Of a stretch of 64,000 bases of DNA, positions 8,982-19,935 are shown one piece after another. The notes under the pieces were generated by a model. That model did not search any database. It was not told the DNA's origin and saw only the letters and a program-made list of their open reading frames with translations. The position numbers were made by a program, and so were the translations under genes. Source of the DNA: a virus; IMG/VR virus record IMGVR_UViG_3300023202_000205, positions 96,001 to 160,000 of that record. One strand, 5' to 3'. The first letter of the stretch is position 1. Each line of letters opens with the position of its first letter.

Positions 8982-9057
8982 AGGGCCTTTATAACTAGGT
9001 TCATGGAACCGTGTTATATCGATATCCGCGAGAGCCCTCATCTCAGCTGATCCTAGC
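8982..9057 (-). promoter_or_regulatory. CRISPR leader (copy A)
   Basis: About 76 nt, 11 differences from 9757-9832 by manual alignment; both abut a repeat. Confidence 0.75.
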
Positions 9058-9173
9058 ACCCTTTAGATCACTGCAATATCTCCACCTAAACCACTATCAG
9101 CAAAGAACATCGAGCGCCTCCCAGGTTTTCCCGACCAGAAAGGCGCTCGAAACTTGCTGACAACCCTCACTCA

Positions 9174-9189
9174 GTGTTCACGCGAACAC
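9174..9189. promoter_or_regulatory. palindromic box, copy 2
   Basis: GTGTTCACGCGAACAC. Confidence 0.75.
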
Positions 9190-9258
9190 TTTCTGTTCGA
9201 GGAGGCTATGGACGATGGTGTGCGTGATGGCAGCGATCCGAGGATGGTTCGGGTTCTG

Positions 9259-9651
9259 CTAGAATAGTACAGATAATTTACCTATGAGGCGTCCGATCTC
9301 CTCCGCTGGCACACGCCAGAGGTGAGGTCCAAGCTTACGAGCTTCGATACGGCCGTCTCGAGCCATGCGACGAACAGTCTCCTCACAAAGGCCTAGAATC
9401 GTCGCCGTTTCTCTGATGGTATAGGCTGAGTCTGAAACGATACAGACATCCAGCTTCTGATGGGAAGGGAGCCACCGCCGATCACCAATGCGGACGATCA
9501 ACCCAAGCTTCTCCGGATTACCCCAGGCGGGTTCTGTGCCGCGCTCCCAGAGCGAATCCGTCATCGATTTGGCTGGATTTTGATAGACCGCCCTGACGAA
9601 CTCGGCTTCCAAGTCGCTCAGTAGGTCGTTTAGCAGAACTGCTCTGCTCAT
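9259..9651 (-). CDS. excisionase/MerR-like helix-turn-helix (HTH_17-type) DNA-binding protein
   Basis: C-terminal YTIRETATILGLCEETVRRMARDGRIEARKLGPHLWRVP; AAGGAG RBS. Confidence 0.85.
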   Translation of the reverse strand: MSRAVLLNDLLSDLEAEFVRAVYQNPAKSMTDSLWERGTEPAWGNPEKLGLIVRIGDRRWLPSHQKLDVCIVSDSAYTIRETATILGLCEETVRRMARDGRIEARKLGPHLWRVPAEEIGRLIGKLSVLF

Positions 9652-9720
9652 AATGCACTCCTTTATTGGTTTGAGTTAATGGTTTACGTATGTCAGATAC
9701 GTCAGTGTCAGTCAGTGTCA

Positions 9721-9756
9721 ATCACAGATACCAAGCCTCTGAGCGGGCATAGCGAG
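9721..9756 (-). repeat. solitary CRISPR repeat B
   Basis: 35/36 match to the array repeat. Confidence 0.9.
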
Positions 9757-9832
9757 AGGGCTCTTATAACTCGGCTCAGGGAACCGTGTTATATCGCTAT
9801 CCGCGAGAGCCCCCATTTCAGTCGACCCTAGC
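9757..9832 (-). promoter_or_regulatory. CRISPR leader (copy B)
   Basis: Homologous to 8982-9057. Confidence 0.7.
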
Positions 9833-10530
9833 TTTATCCCCCTCGCCATGGGTTTCCCGCTCTCCTGCCAGATACAGCAGGTCTCGAACGGTGATGTGAA
9901 CAAACTCGCCGGGCCTGCCTTGTTCACGAGCCCAGTCGATAATCGACTGGATATGGTCAGGCCATTCCTGCTCTCCTTCAGTCTCCTCCGTCATAGTCTC
10001 GCTCTCTTTCGTGATAGGGCTCTGGATAAATGGCCAGGGTACATTTGACAATGGTGAACGGGGCTGACTTACCCGTTATACGCTCTTTGGCCAGCTCAAG
10101 CGCTTCTCCCTGTGTACGAGCGAACGTACCCCATCGGAACGCACCATGACTGGTAACAGCACAGTAACCGGGTACTGCCTGCTGCTTCACATATCCTTTC
10201 TTATACCGTGGTGGAATACTCATGCCTACACCTCCCGTACTTCTACTGGGAGAAACTAACCGGAAACTATCTGGTAGATTCCTCAACAATGTTTGGCCCC
10301 CAATGCGTCAAACCGCCTACCTTGGTAGATGCCTTCCACTTACCTCTGCTACGCTGCACCAACTTGTAGGCGCAGTCATCACAGATCAGTGCTTGAAGGT
10401 GGTCAGTATCGTTCCCACTTCCATACCCGAAGTGCATGGCGATTACACCTGCTTTAAAGAAACAACCGTCCTGGTGACAGGCGATGTGGTCTAGGCAGAG
10501 GACGCATTGTTCTTCTGTGGGTTGTCCCAT
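9818..10530 (-). other. three small hypothetical genes (9818-10051, 9978-10289, 10267-10530)
   Basis: Overlapping stop/start packing, internal ATGs with RBS. Confidence 0.5.
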
Positions 10531-10551
10531 GTGTGTATGTCCTATCGTGTG

Positions 10552-10950
10552 TTAGAATTGTTTCCCACCGTTCATGCGGGATCGGCTCTTGTTCATTCGA
10601 ATTTTAGCGAGAATGGCGTCGATCACGTTATGCCCACACCCCTCTGCGTGGTCGAGAATACGTATGATCGTATCAGCCAGCTCACTCTCAACAGACCGAA
10701 ACTCAGGTATCTTGTCATCGGGCGGATTCCCATGCCGAAGCCCTTCGAGAGCCTCCGACAGCTCGCTGTGATGGAGGGCAATCATCTCGCCCTCGTTTCG
10801 TTCTGCGTCCCAAAACCCCTTTTCCTTGGCAGTCTCGTGAATCTCCTCTTGAAGAGATCTTAGACCGAGCCGTATATGCTCATATCTGTAGGTATTCAGC
10901 ATGTCCTCCGTGAACCCCACTTCCTGTAGGTCGTCATCGAGTGGTCCCAT
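10552..10950 (-). CDS. MazG-like nucleoside triphosphate pyrophosphohydrolase
   Basis: IALHHSELSEALE...ESELADTIIRILD...KIRMN. Confidence 0.85.
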   Translation of the reverse strand: MGPLDDDLQEVGFTEDMLNTYRYEHIRLGLRSLQEEIHETAKEKGFWDAERNEGEMIALHHSELSEALEGLRHGNPPDDKIPEFRSVESELADTIIRILDHAEGCGHNVIDAILAKIRMNKSRSRMNGGKQF

Positions 10951-10959
10951 ACGTGTCTC

Positions 10960-11937
10960 CTAGTCCTCGTGATCAGCCTCCGCTGCCTTGGCAACGGTAA
11001 GCAGTTCGGTGATGAGTTCGAGCTTCTGCTTGTGGGCCTTCTTCAGGTAGGCGGGGGTACGGCGATCAGAGCGCTTGCGCAGGTCGGCGAGCATGTCAAA
11101 GGTGCCACTACCCATCGTTTGGGCCAACACACCTCCGATACCGTCTGCCTTACTGAGCAGATCAGCCGCGTAGGGCAACAATGTGAGAATCAGTGAGGTC
11201 ACGTCGTCTCGGAACATCTGCAGACGTCCTTCGATAGCATCTGCCAGCTCAGCATCTCCTTCTCCAGCTAAGGCTCGCGCAAGTAGCTCCTTGAGCTCAT
11301 CAGAGGTCTCCCACGCGAAAGCTTGGTACCTGCGCTGGCCTGTAACGACCCCTATCGAAGTAAGCCACCCCTGAAGGGTACGCGCCGTCTCAAGGGCGTG
11401 CACGACGGCAGGCTGCTTGCGTGCCTCGACCTGCGCACGATAGACAGCCATAGCCCGCTCCTTGTCCATCGCGCGTGCTACGGCGGCAAAGAAGTCACCA
11501 CTGATTGTATTATCAACTCCCCGCTTGGTTGCCTGCTTCTTAACAACCAACCGCCCCTTCTGGGCAAGCATCCAACCACAGCCCTCGGGAACCTCATCAG
11601 CTGCATTGACGACACCGGGCGCTGTGACGTACCAGAACATGTGACTATTGTCCATGAACCACGCGTTCTTATGGGGATTGTTGATTTCGCTCAAGAAATC
11701 ACTACGGCTGACCTTGACCTCAAAGGCCTCACGATGGATACCGTCACTTGGCCACATGCTGAATACCATAGCGTCGATCCACGTCGACTTGTGTGCAAAC
11801 CCTGTCGCCGGCGCTACCTGTTCGACGAAGACGTAGCGCTTCGAGTTGCCGTTGCCGGTCTTGTCGTAGCGCTCGCGCAGGAGGTCGATGACCTCCTCGG
11901 CCGTCCACTTATGCTTCTTGGCTTTGGCCATTTGCAC
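10960..11937 (-). CDS. MmcB-like PD-(D/E)xK nuclease domain protein
   Basis: IDAM...AFEVKVSRSDFLSE...FWYVTAPGVV...PEGCG. Confidence 0.75.
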   Translation of the reverse strand: MQMAKAKKHKWTAEEVIDLLRERYDKTGNGNSKRYVFVEQVAPATGFAHKSTWIDAMVFSMWPSDGIHREAFEVKVSRSDFLSEINNPHKNAWFMDNSHMFWYVTAPGVVNAADEVPEGCGWMLAQKGRLVVKKQATKRGVDNTISGDFFAAVARAMDKERAMAVYRAQVEARKQPAVVHALETARTLQGWLTSIGVVTGQRRYQAFAWETSDELKELLARALAGEGDAELADAIEGRLQMFRDDVTSLILTLLPYAADLLSKADGIGGVLAQTMGSGTFDMLADLRKRSDRRTPAYLKKAHKQKLELITELLTVAKAAEADHED

Positions 11938-12253
11938 CCTCTCTCTTGAGCTCGCCCAGGATCCGCTTGGCGATCGATGTTGGGTTGGCGTTCACGCCAT
12001 GCGTCCCAATCGCTGATTTCACGCCATTGGCAATAGCTGCCAAGCTGAATGGCCCTGTCAGACACCTGACGGCCGCCTTAGCTGCTTCTTTGGTCAACTG
12101 TCTCGGGCCCGAGAATCTACAGTTCGGGCACTCCAACTGCCAGGTAGCAGGGTTCACCGGGTGGTTCAGTATCAGGTCAAAGGTCAGCGGGAACCCGTGC
12201 GCGTTGAAGGCATGCGTGACCATATCAGCGTTGCAGTGCGGGCATTTCATCAC
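11909..12253 (-). CDS. Lar-like zinc-ribbon protein
   Basis: CPHC...CPNC followed by xxxKEAAKAA. Confidence 0.5.
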   Translation of the reverse strand: MMKCPHCNADMVTHAFNAHGFPLTFDLILNHPVNPATWQLECPNCRFSGPRQLTKEAAKAAVRCLTGPFSLAAIANGVKSAIGTHGVNANPTSIAKRILGELKREGANGQSQEA

Positions 12254-15219
12254 CTATGATGCTCCATATTCGTGATCATCTCTGCTTCCTTATCTCTGAA
12301 TGAGATGCCCATCACGAACCACCACTGAGGCCCTCCCCGTTCGATCTGCTCAGGCAGGAGTCCGAGATCCCACAGCGCGCTGATCAAGTGTGGCGTGTCG
12401 TTGATGTGATTCAGCATTTCTTGTTGGGTTTGCTCATCCATCCTAGTCTTCCTCTTCCAAAGGAGGGTGACATATAATCTGTCGAGAGAAAGCGTCAGCC
12501 TTTTTGATGACCGCCTTGGCCCGGTCGGCTAGCCGACCATCCTTGTTCATCGCAAAAGCGACGGTGCTCTCCTTCGAGCCGCTGGACTCCAGCTTACTCA
12601 ACTGGCTCCGGGCGTTGCTTTCGATCCGCTTATGCAGGAATCCCTGCTCAATCCGGTCGCGAATCTTCTGCACCTCTTCCTGCCGTCTTTTGGTGTCAGA
12701 CATGTGCATTTCCTTGTGTTAGGGCGTAATAAACCCCGTCTCGCCGGTGGTGAGTGCGATGCTGTCCTGTCGGAAGTCGGCAGCCGCCCGACGAAGACCT
12801 TCACGCAGCTGATGCAACTCGGCTGCATGGATCTCGACGACGAAGCAAGCATTCTGCCAAACTGCGTCGGGTATCGAATACCCTGAGAAGTGGATCTGCC
12901 CCAGCTCTCTCAGCACGGTATGCACGCGCCGGCAGAACAGCGCCCAATCGTGCTGGCCGAGCTTGTCGTCGGTGTTCCCAACCTGGATGACGGCGGTCAG
13001 CATCACGGAACCTCCATCACTTGGTCCGGCCGCACCAGATAGGTCCACAGCCGCGGAGGCTGCACCCAATCCTCACCTTCTTCGCCCGGCTCGCCACAAT
13101 ACCCCTGCCCGCTATCGAGCAGGAAGCGGACTTGTCCATCGTCGCAGGTCACGTATTGGCCGAAGTGCGCCTCGTAGAACAGCGCCGGCGAGCCATCGGC
13201 CTTCCGGTGGTTGAGTTTGGTGACAATGCTCAATCCGAGCACGGCACTATCGCCCCAACGGCCGTTATCTGGAAAGGTGTCGGGATTGTCTTCGTCGAAG
13301 ACTACCCACTGCGGAATGGCGCTGGCGGCAAGCAGATCGTCAAGCACAGGGCCAGGATCCTCGCCAGCGTCGAGAAACGCATTAAGAGTATCAACGGGTT
13401 TGGCAAGCTCTGGACTGGTCATGGATTAACTCCTGTTTCGTCAATGTTCTGTAAGGCACCTTCGGCGATGTTGGCCAGCTGATACGCCAGGTCACCCTGT
13501 TCTAATGTGAGGTTGTCGTGACACACACTGTGGATCTTACCCAACGTATCGAGCGCGCCCTTGAGACCGGCCAATGCTCGTGACAACGGATGCTCCGGGC
13601 ATGTCTTGATGTGTTCGGCCAGCGCCTCGGCAGGCACCTGCTCATCACCAGGCCCGTAGCGGTGGCCACAGTAGACGCAGTTGATGTAGAGCTTGGTCTG
13701 CAGGTCGTTGACCCACTTGCGCAGGTCACGCACGCGCTTCACGAGGTCGGACAAGCGCTGCAAGCCGAAGTGCGGGTCGTCCTCGTCGTACTTGCCGTCG
13801 AGCGCCTCCTCGAAGCGCATACAGGCGCCTTCGACGCCGGTGTCATTACCACGCCACCACCTTGGGTCGGTCTCGTCGTAGATCTCGTCGTCGGCCCACT
13901 GCTTGTAGCGTTCGAGCTCGGCCTCGGCTTCATAAGCACGAGACGCTGGGACCATCGGTATCTCCTGCATGATCTTACCGATCTTCAGAGGTGGCTCATC
14001 TGGCGGCCGCGGCAGGTCCGGATCAAGTGCATGCGCCGCCCACTTCTGCATCCACTGCGCTGTCGGGTCCTCGTTGCGGCCAGCGCCACGGATCTTCTCC
14101 AACGCCTCGGTGACATGGATGTGCGGCTTGTGCGGCGTAATCGAACTCGGCACCGCGGGCAAATGTCTGAGTGGGTTGTCCGCCGGTGGTAGTTGAGCAT
14201 TCCGCTCCAGCGCCTGCTCTCCAAGCTCAGAAAGATATGCCATATCACGTTGCAGGCCGGGGTTTCTGCTCATGGCCTCCCGCACGTCCTCTAAGGCCTT
14301 CTGCAGCTCAGGCCCGGAGGCCCTGGCGGCGAGCGCAGCGTCTTCGATCGACTGCGGCCAAACCTGGAAGCCGTGATCGATGAACCACTTTATGACCTGC
14401 AGGTTGGCGACATTGTCGCCCATGTAGTCGATGACTTCGCCAACGCGGATCTCGTAGTGGTAATAGTCCACTTCGCGGTCCATGGACTCGACGGCCACCT
14501 TGAAATGCAGGTGCTCCTTCCGCATGGCGCCGGGGTCGGCCGCGTAGAGGTACATGCCATACTCGGGGTGGTAGCTGACCTTATCGCCATGGTCGTCATC
14601 ATCGTCGTCTTCGTCGGCGAGCACGATGCCGCTGAAGTCGAAGGCGCCGGCGGCCTGGCAGATCTCGAGCAACTCGTCGATCTCGTTTGGAGTGAGTTGG
14701 GTGACGCTAGTTCGCATAAGGATGTTCCCTCTGGGAGATCGGACTGGGTAAGTCACCTCCATTTGGTGTTGCGCGTTCCTTGGGAGTCGCCTCCCTTATT
14801 GTCCCACCCATGGTTGCGGCCTCGGTAAGATCATCTACACGGATCTCTCGACTACCGACCTTGACAACATAGCTCATAGTTCTTGCTCCTTTGGATTCTC
14901 ATGGTCCGTCACCGCTGACCCAGGCGGTAGCTCACCAAAAAGACGCTCAGCAAGATAGCGGATATTTGTTCGGATCCTCCGCTTCAACCTGCGACCATTC
15001 TCCGTAAGCTCCTCCTCCGGTTGGATACCGTAGGTCGTTACCAAGAATGTAATCTCACCCCACATCTCTTGCTCTTCGCTTTCAGTCATGGCGCTCCTTC
15101 AACAACGACTGACGTCGTCTCCGACGCTCCCTCGCTAACTTGGTGTATAAATACCAAGTAGTGGGTGCTCGCTTTGTTACCTTGATCCTGTGAGCTTTCA
15201 TAGCCCCCTCGTAGTAAAA

Positions 15220-15252
15220 GTGTTCACGCGAACACAGTTGTCCGCGTGAACA
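15220..15252. promoter_or_regulatory. tandem palindromic boxes, copies 3 and 3b
   Basis: GTGTTCACGCGAACAC plus TGTCCGCGTGAACA, 19 nt upstream of an ATG with RBS. Confidence 0.7.
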
Positions 15253-15272
15253 GGTGTTGAGTTAAGAATGCC

Positions 15273-15392
15273 CTATGCCCGCCTGGTGAGACAGGAGATT
15301 GTGTCCACCTTGTCGTCACACAGGTAAGCCGCCTGATCGAAGAAAACCCAGAAACTCTTGCCATCTTTCGCCTCGACTATCAAACTTTGCAC
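15273..15392 (-). CDS. 39-aa hypothetical protein (below ORF-track cutoff)
   Basis: GAGGGGGAG RBS, GTG start, MQSLIVEAKDGKSFWVFFDQAAYLCDDKVDTISCLTRRA. Confidence 0.45.
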   Translation of the reverse strand: MQSLIVEAKDGKSFWVFFDQAAYLCDDKVDTISCLTRRA

Positions 15393-15418
15393 CCACTCCC
15401 CCTCGTCGGGTCGCGTCT

Positions 15419-15449
15419 GTCACAGATACCAAGCCTCTGAGCGGGCATA
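15419..15449 (-). repeat. solitary CRISPR repeat C (31 of 36 nt)
   Basis: gtcacagataccaagcctctgagcgggcata exact; the five leader-side nt are missing. Confidence 0.85.
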
Positions 15450-16659
15450 TCAAGCGCACCACGCCGCTGATCTTGGTGGTTAGCTGGCCCCCGGCACCCC
15501 ATAGTTCTCATGGATCCACTGCAGCGCAGGCAGGCTCGTGTTACGGATCGCTTCGTGCAGCTCCTTCACGTAGTGAGTCTCGCCGTCGTGCATGTGGACG
15601 AACTTCGGGCAAGCCCACAGCTCGACGGTAAGGCCTTCGGCGTGATACGTTATCGCAGTGTAATGGTCGGCCTCACCTTGCTCACGGCGGTCTTCCGTCA
15701 AACGAATGAGCAGAACCGCCATATCGCCCAGTGAGAGGTCCTTGAGGATCTTGGCGGCCGTCTCTTTGGTCTTCATCACGTCTCCTGGTGTTCCGTGGCG
15801 CCGGGAGAAGACTGGCTACCACTGATGTCGGTGTGACCGCAGTCGTCCTCATCATCAGTTACCTGCATAATGATCGGCTCGCCGGTCGCCGGGCACGGGA
15901 CCCAGTGGGTCCATTCATCGGACCCGCCAGCTGGGCGGCTGAACTTCCGGAAGGTCAGGTCGGAATGCGTGCCGCCGCATCGCGCGCAGTCACGCACGGT
16001 AACAGGCCGCGGGAAGCGCTCAGCGTTATCGGAGCCGTGAGCTGCGGCCTCCAAGCGAGCAACAACGCAGTCGTCATCGTGCCCTTTGCCCGTGTGGTAA
16101 GCGGGTCCGCCGCATAGTGAGCAGTTGGCGTCCACCTGGTTAGTCAGCTTGACGATGGCATCACGTGCTTCACGTAGGAGTTCGGCAGTTGGTTGTGTCA
16201 TTGATCGATCCTTTGGTAGTTGCATAGGTTGATCACAGAACCCGATCACGCCGTGTTCTTCGGCGGCTTGCGTCTCACGCTTCACCTACTCCCCTTCCAA
16301 TATGGTCATCTCCCCGTCTCTCACCTGCTGCTGCAGCGCATCTCGCTCGAAGGTGAGGGCGCGGACGGTTTCGACCAGTTCCGGTGCAGCGGCAAGTAGG
16401 TCTGCGTCCGCACGGGATATCAGACCTCCTAGATACCCGTGACCGACAGGGCCGTAAACGTCCCAGGATTGCTCCTGTTCGTTCCACACGGCATGATACG
16501 GCCCCGGCGTGTACCCAGTGGGTAGATCTTCAGATGTCGGCATCGTTGGCCTCCTTTTGACGATGGGTTTGAGCGTCCTCTCTCCCGAGTTCGTAGTACC
16601 TGAGGTAACGCTTACCCCAGGTTCGGGCAACATGGCCCCGCCCGTCATAGCGGCCAAGA

Positions 16660-16716
16660 GCCTCGTCGATGTAACCGTGGCTGGCACAAAAGCTACCTAT
16701 TACTGGGTCGAGAGGT
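16660..16716. repeat. 57-bp exact dispersed repeat, second copy at 18306-18362
   Basis: Both copies encode PLDPVIGSFCASHGYIDEA on the minus strand. Confidence 0.9.
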
Positions 16717-19700
16717 CGTTTACTCATAGAATACGAACCTTCTCACGGATTTTGCGTCGTGCATAGCTGCTTGGATCGTTTTTCTCCCACCCAAAGAGCC
16801 AGCACTCATCGTCAACGATCTTCCCGTCCTCGAAGATCAGATCCCCACTCATTTTGCGTGCCATTGCTGCCGCGCCCAAATTAGGGTAGTTCCCGAAATC
16901 ATAGTACTCGATAATCTCCCCGGTCCGACCCTCGCGTAGACCTAGAATGTGGTATCCAGTCAGTTTCATGGTACCTTTCCTTTCTTTACATAACCTAAAT
17001 CCAGTTGGTGGCTGCGTCACTATCTGAAATGTCTTCCCCAGTCGCCATTAAATGCGTGCTGCGATTGCATGCTTCACGCCACTCGCGCAGGACTCGCATG
17101 AAGGCATCAGCCAGATCAATGCTCTTGCCGTCATCGTCCTCGTCGTAGTTGTCATCGACAAGACCACGCTTCACAGCTTCCTTGAGTGCAGAAAAGATGT
17201 CCTGCTCGTTCTCGTTCACGAACTGAACAATGGCGTATTGCTTATTGTCCTGCTCTCGCACAAGATCCATCAGGCGCTTCTGCTTGGCTTCTGTATTCAC
17301 GTTGGGCATAAAATTAGTCATAGTTCATTCTCCTTCAGTGTTCGAATGGTTAAAACGAGGGTCTCTTATAGTTTTAGCGTTAGCGGGTTGGTGATTCTAA
17401 ATATTCCTGGAATGCCTGCTCCGGTGTTCTATCAACCAGGCACTTCTCTTTGAGCCAGAATGTGTATTCCATATTTTTTGAGCACCCGACGAACTTTTCA
17501 TAGGTGGCCTGGAGTCCAGGGCAGCCGCATATTGGACACACCGGAATGATTCCTGATCTCGATGTCTTGGTCCAGTCGTCCGTCCAGTACGCGCAACGCG
17601 CGGAATACCAGACCATCCGATTATTATCGCGGTCTGTAGTGGGTCGGCCTTCGGCGGTCTGGAATCGCGGCTCTTGCATCTTGTTATTCCTATTACGAGT
17701 GTCAGTCATTGCTTCTCCACTCCTCTCGAGCTTTAGCGCGAACTTCTTTACATTGGCACTCGTCGGTGCACCACCCGTCGATGTCAAACGAATGCTTACA
17801 GAAGTCGGGGTCGATCTCATCTCCGCTGGGTTCGTACCCCTCGCATCTCTTCATCTCTGCTTCAGGGTAGCACCGATTTTTCGGAGAACACGCTAGGTAC
17901 TTTCCGTTGAATTTACATAGATGCATTATTTCTCCTCAAAGGTTCAAAGGTTATGTTTCCTGATCGATAGTAAATCCGCGAATCGTCAACCCGCCGGTAA
18001 AGCAGATGTAAGACTCCCTGGAATTGCCGTGGCCACAGCAGGCATTGGTCACGCCGGGAAGGTGACCTAGGCACGGATCTGGCAAGCCGTCTGCGCTACT
18101 ACCGTGCTTACCGCACTGACCGCAGGGGCGATCGGCCCACGTCTCTACCGTGAGCTCGTCGTCGTCACAAAAACGCCATTCGCCATCGGCGTCCTGATAT
18201 ATGGGCCATCCTCGCAGAGTGTCAGTCATAGATCATTCCTCCATGAAGCCTTCCGGCGGTATTCTCGACTCATTATAGGTTCTTAGTTCTTCTGAAATTC
18301 CAAGTGCCTCGTCGATGTAACCGTGGCTGGCACAAAAGCTACCTATTACTGGGTCGAGAGGTTTCTTACCCATTGTCGGGTAGTTCCCTAACGCTAACAC
18401 GGATGTGGTGTGTCTTACCACTTTTAAAGAGCACGTTGGGGTAAACCAGATACAGATCGTCTGGTTGGTCGCCAGGAAACCCCTTATCGTCATCTTCTGG
18501 CTCACGGCCAGTAAGCCGGTGGAACGTCTCTGCGTCGACGCCGAAGCAGAAGCACTGCATATCACCGCCTGCGTAGGCTATGAACTCGATGTAGGCTATG
18601 GACTCGATGACGGTCTCCCCAGGCACTTGATCACAGTAACCTATAGCATCTCCATCCAGTGTTACTATGTAGATCCTCCCCCAGTTGATGCGGGCATCTA
18701 CCACCTCCTTTTCCACATCAAGAACACCATCCCGCACTCGCCTAGCGAGAGCTGGAGCGTGCCGATAGATTACGTCGGCGATATGGCGACGTATTGCCTC
18801 ATATGTCGGGTCGATCTCTACTTCAGTAGCTAGACTCTCGACAAGCCCGCCGCGTATTTCTCTGAACTTCATGACTTCTCCTTGATCACAGGCATCACGA
18901 TGCGGTCGAAGACGATCTTGGTACGCAACGGACGAACGTTGCGGAAGGGTGGCAACCGAATCAGCAACCACTGCACCCACCTGGCTCGGCGCCAGAAGAA
19001 TCGCTCACGACGATTCATCTGATCCATCGGCACACCACGGACGTAACGGCTAGGGGCATCCGGGTCGCTGATCGGAATCACCACCGGCTTCCTGTTCGGA
19101 TCGAATAAACCCGCCGGTTTTCCATTCGGGAATCTGTTCGGGAAAACGCTCATGCGTCTATTTCATCACGACGACCTGATAATGGCCTCGGTCGCAATAC
19201 CCCGGTCGCTGCTTGATGAAGGCCAGCATCTCGTTCTCGTCATAGAGCTCGAGACAGACGGTATGCTCGCCGTCGTTGAGCTTCCATTTCCAGTTGTTTC
19301 CCATGTTATACTCCCTTTGGTTTACTCGTAACTGCAACAGCCTATAAGGCCATCTAGAAACTTGAGAATCTCAGTGACCTCTGGCTCCCTACTGTGTGTC
19401 GGTGCCCACTCCTCGAGCTTACGCTGCACCGCCCGACCACGCTCCTTTCCATGCATAGTAATGACGGCTGCCAACTGCACCAGTTGATGTGCCTCCGCGA
19501 TTATCTCGTCTTCATCTCTCATAAAACCCCCGCTCAGTAAGACTTACGTTGGCGACCCTAAATGATCGGATCGCTGAACTTGTTGAGCTGGTCCTTGTGC
19601 TCACGCACATACGTGAGGCACCGATTGAGGCGTGACACCCCGCGGTCATATCCGGCCGCGATTGCCTCGGCAAATCCCTCGCGGTGGTCGCCGCTCAAGA

Positions 19701-19919
19701 TGAGAAAGTACTCCATCTGCCCGAGCACGAGCGCGGTGGTCACGTCGCCGTAGATATACGTGTCGTGACTATTATAGGAGATATACCAGTGCTTGCTCCC
19801 GGTATCGACCTCGTCGGTCCGGTTGGGAACAGTGCACGGCATCCCTTCGATAACAGCCATATAAGCTGAGCTACGTTTCATGCTACCTTATCTTTCTTTT
19901 ATCCGTCTATTAGTGAATA

Positions 19920-19935
19920 GTGTTCACGCGAACAC
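19920..19935. promoter_or_regulatory. palindromic box, copy 4
   Basis: ATAGTGTTCACGCGAACACTAT, upstream of 19558-19881. Confidence 0.75.

Noticed and set aside
9718-9927. 69-aa ORF across leader B and the repeat
   Set aside because: Overlaps a conserved non-coding element and a better ORF (9818-10051)
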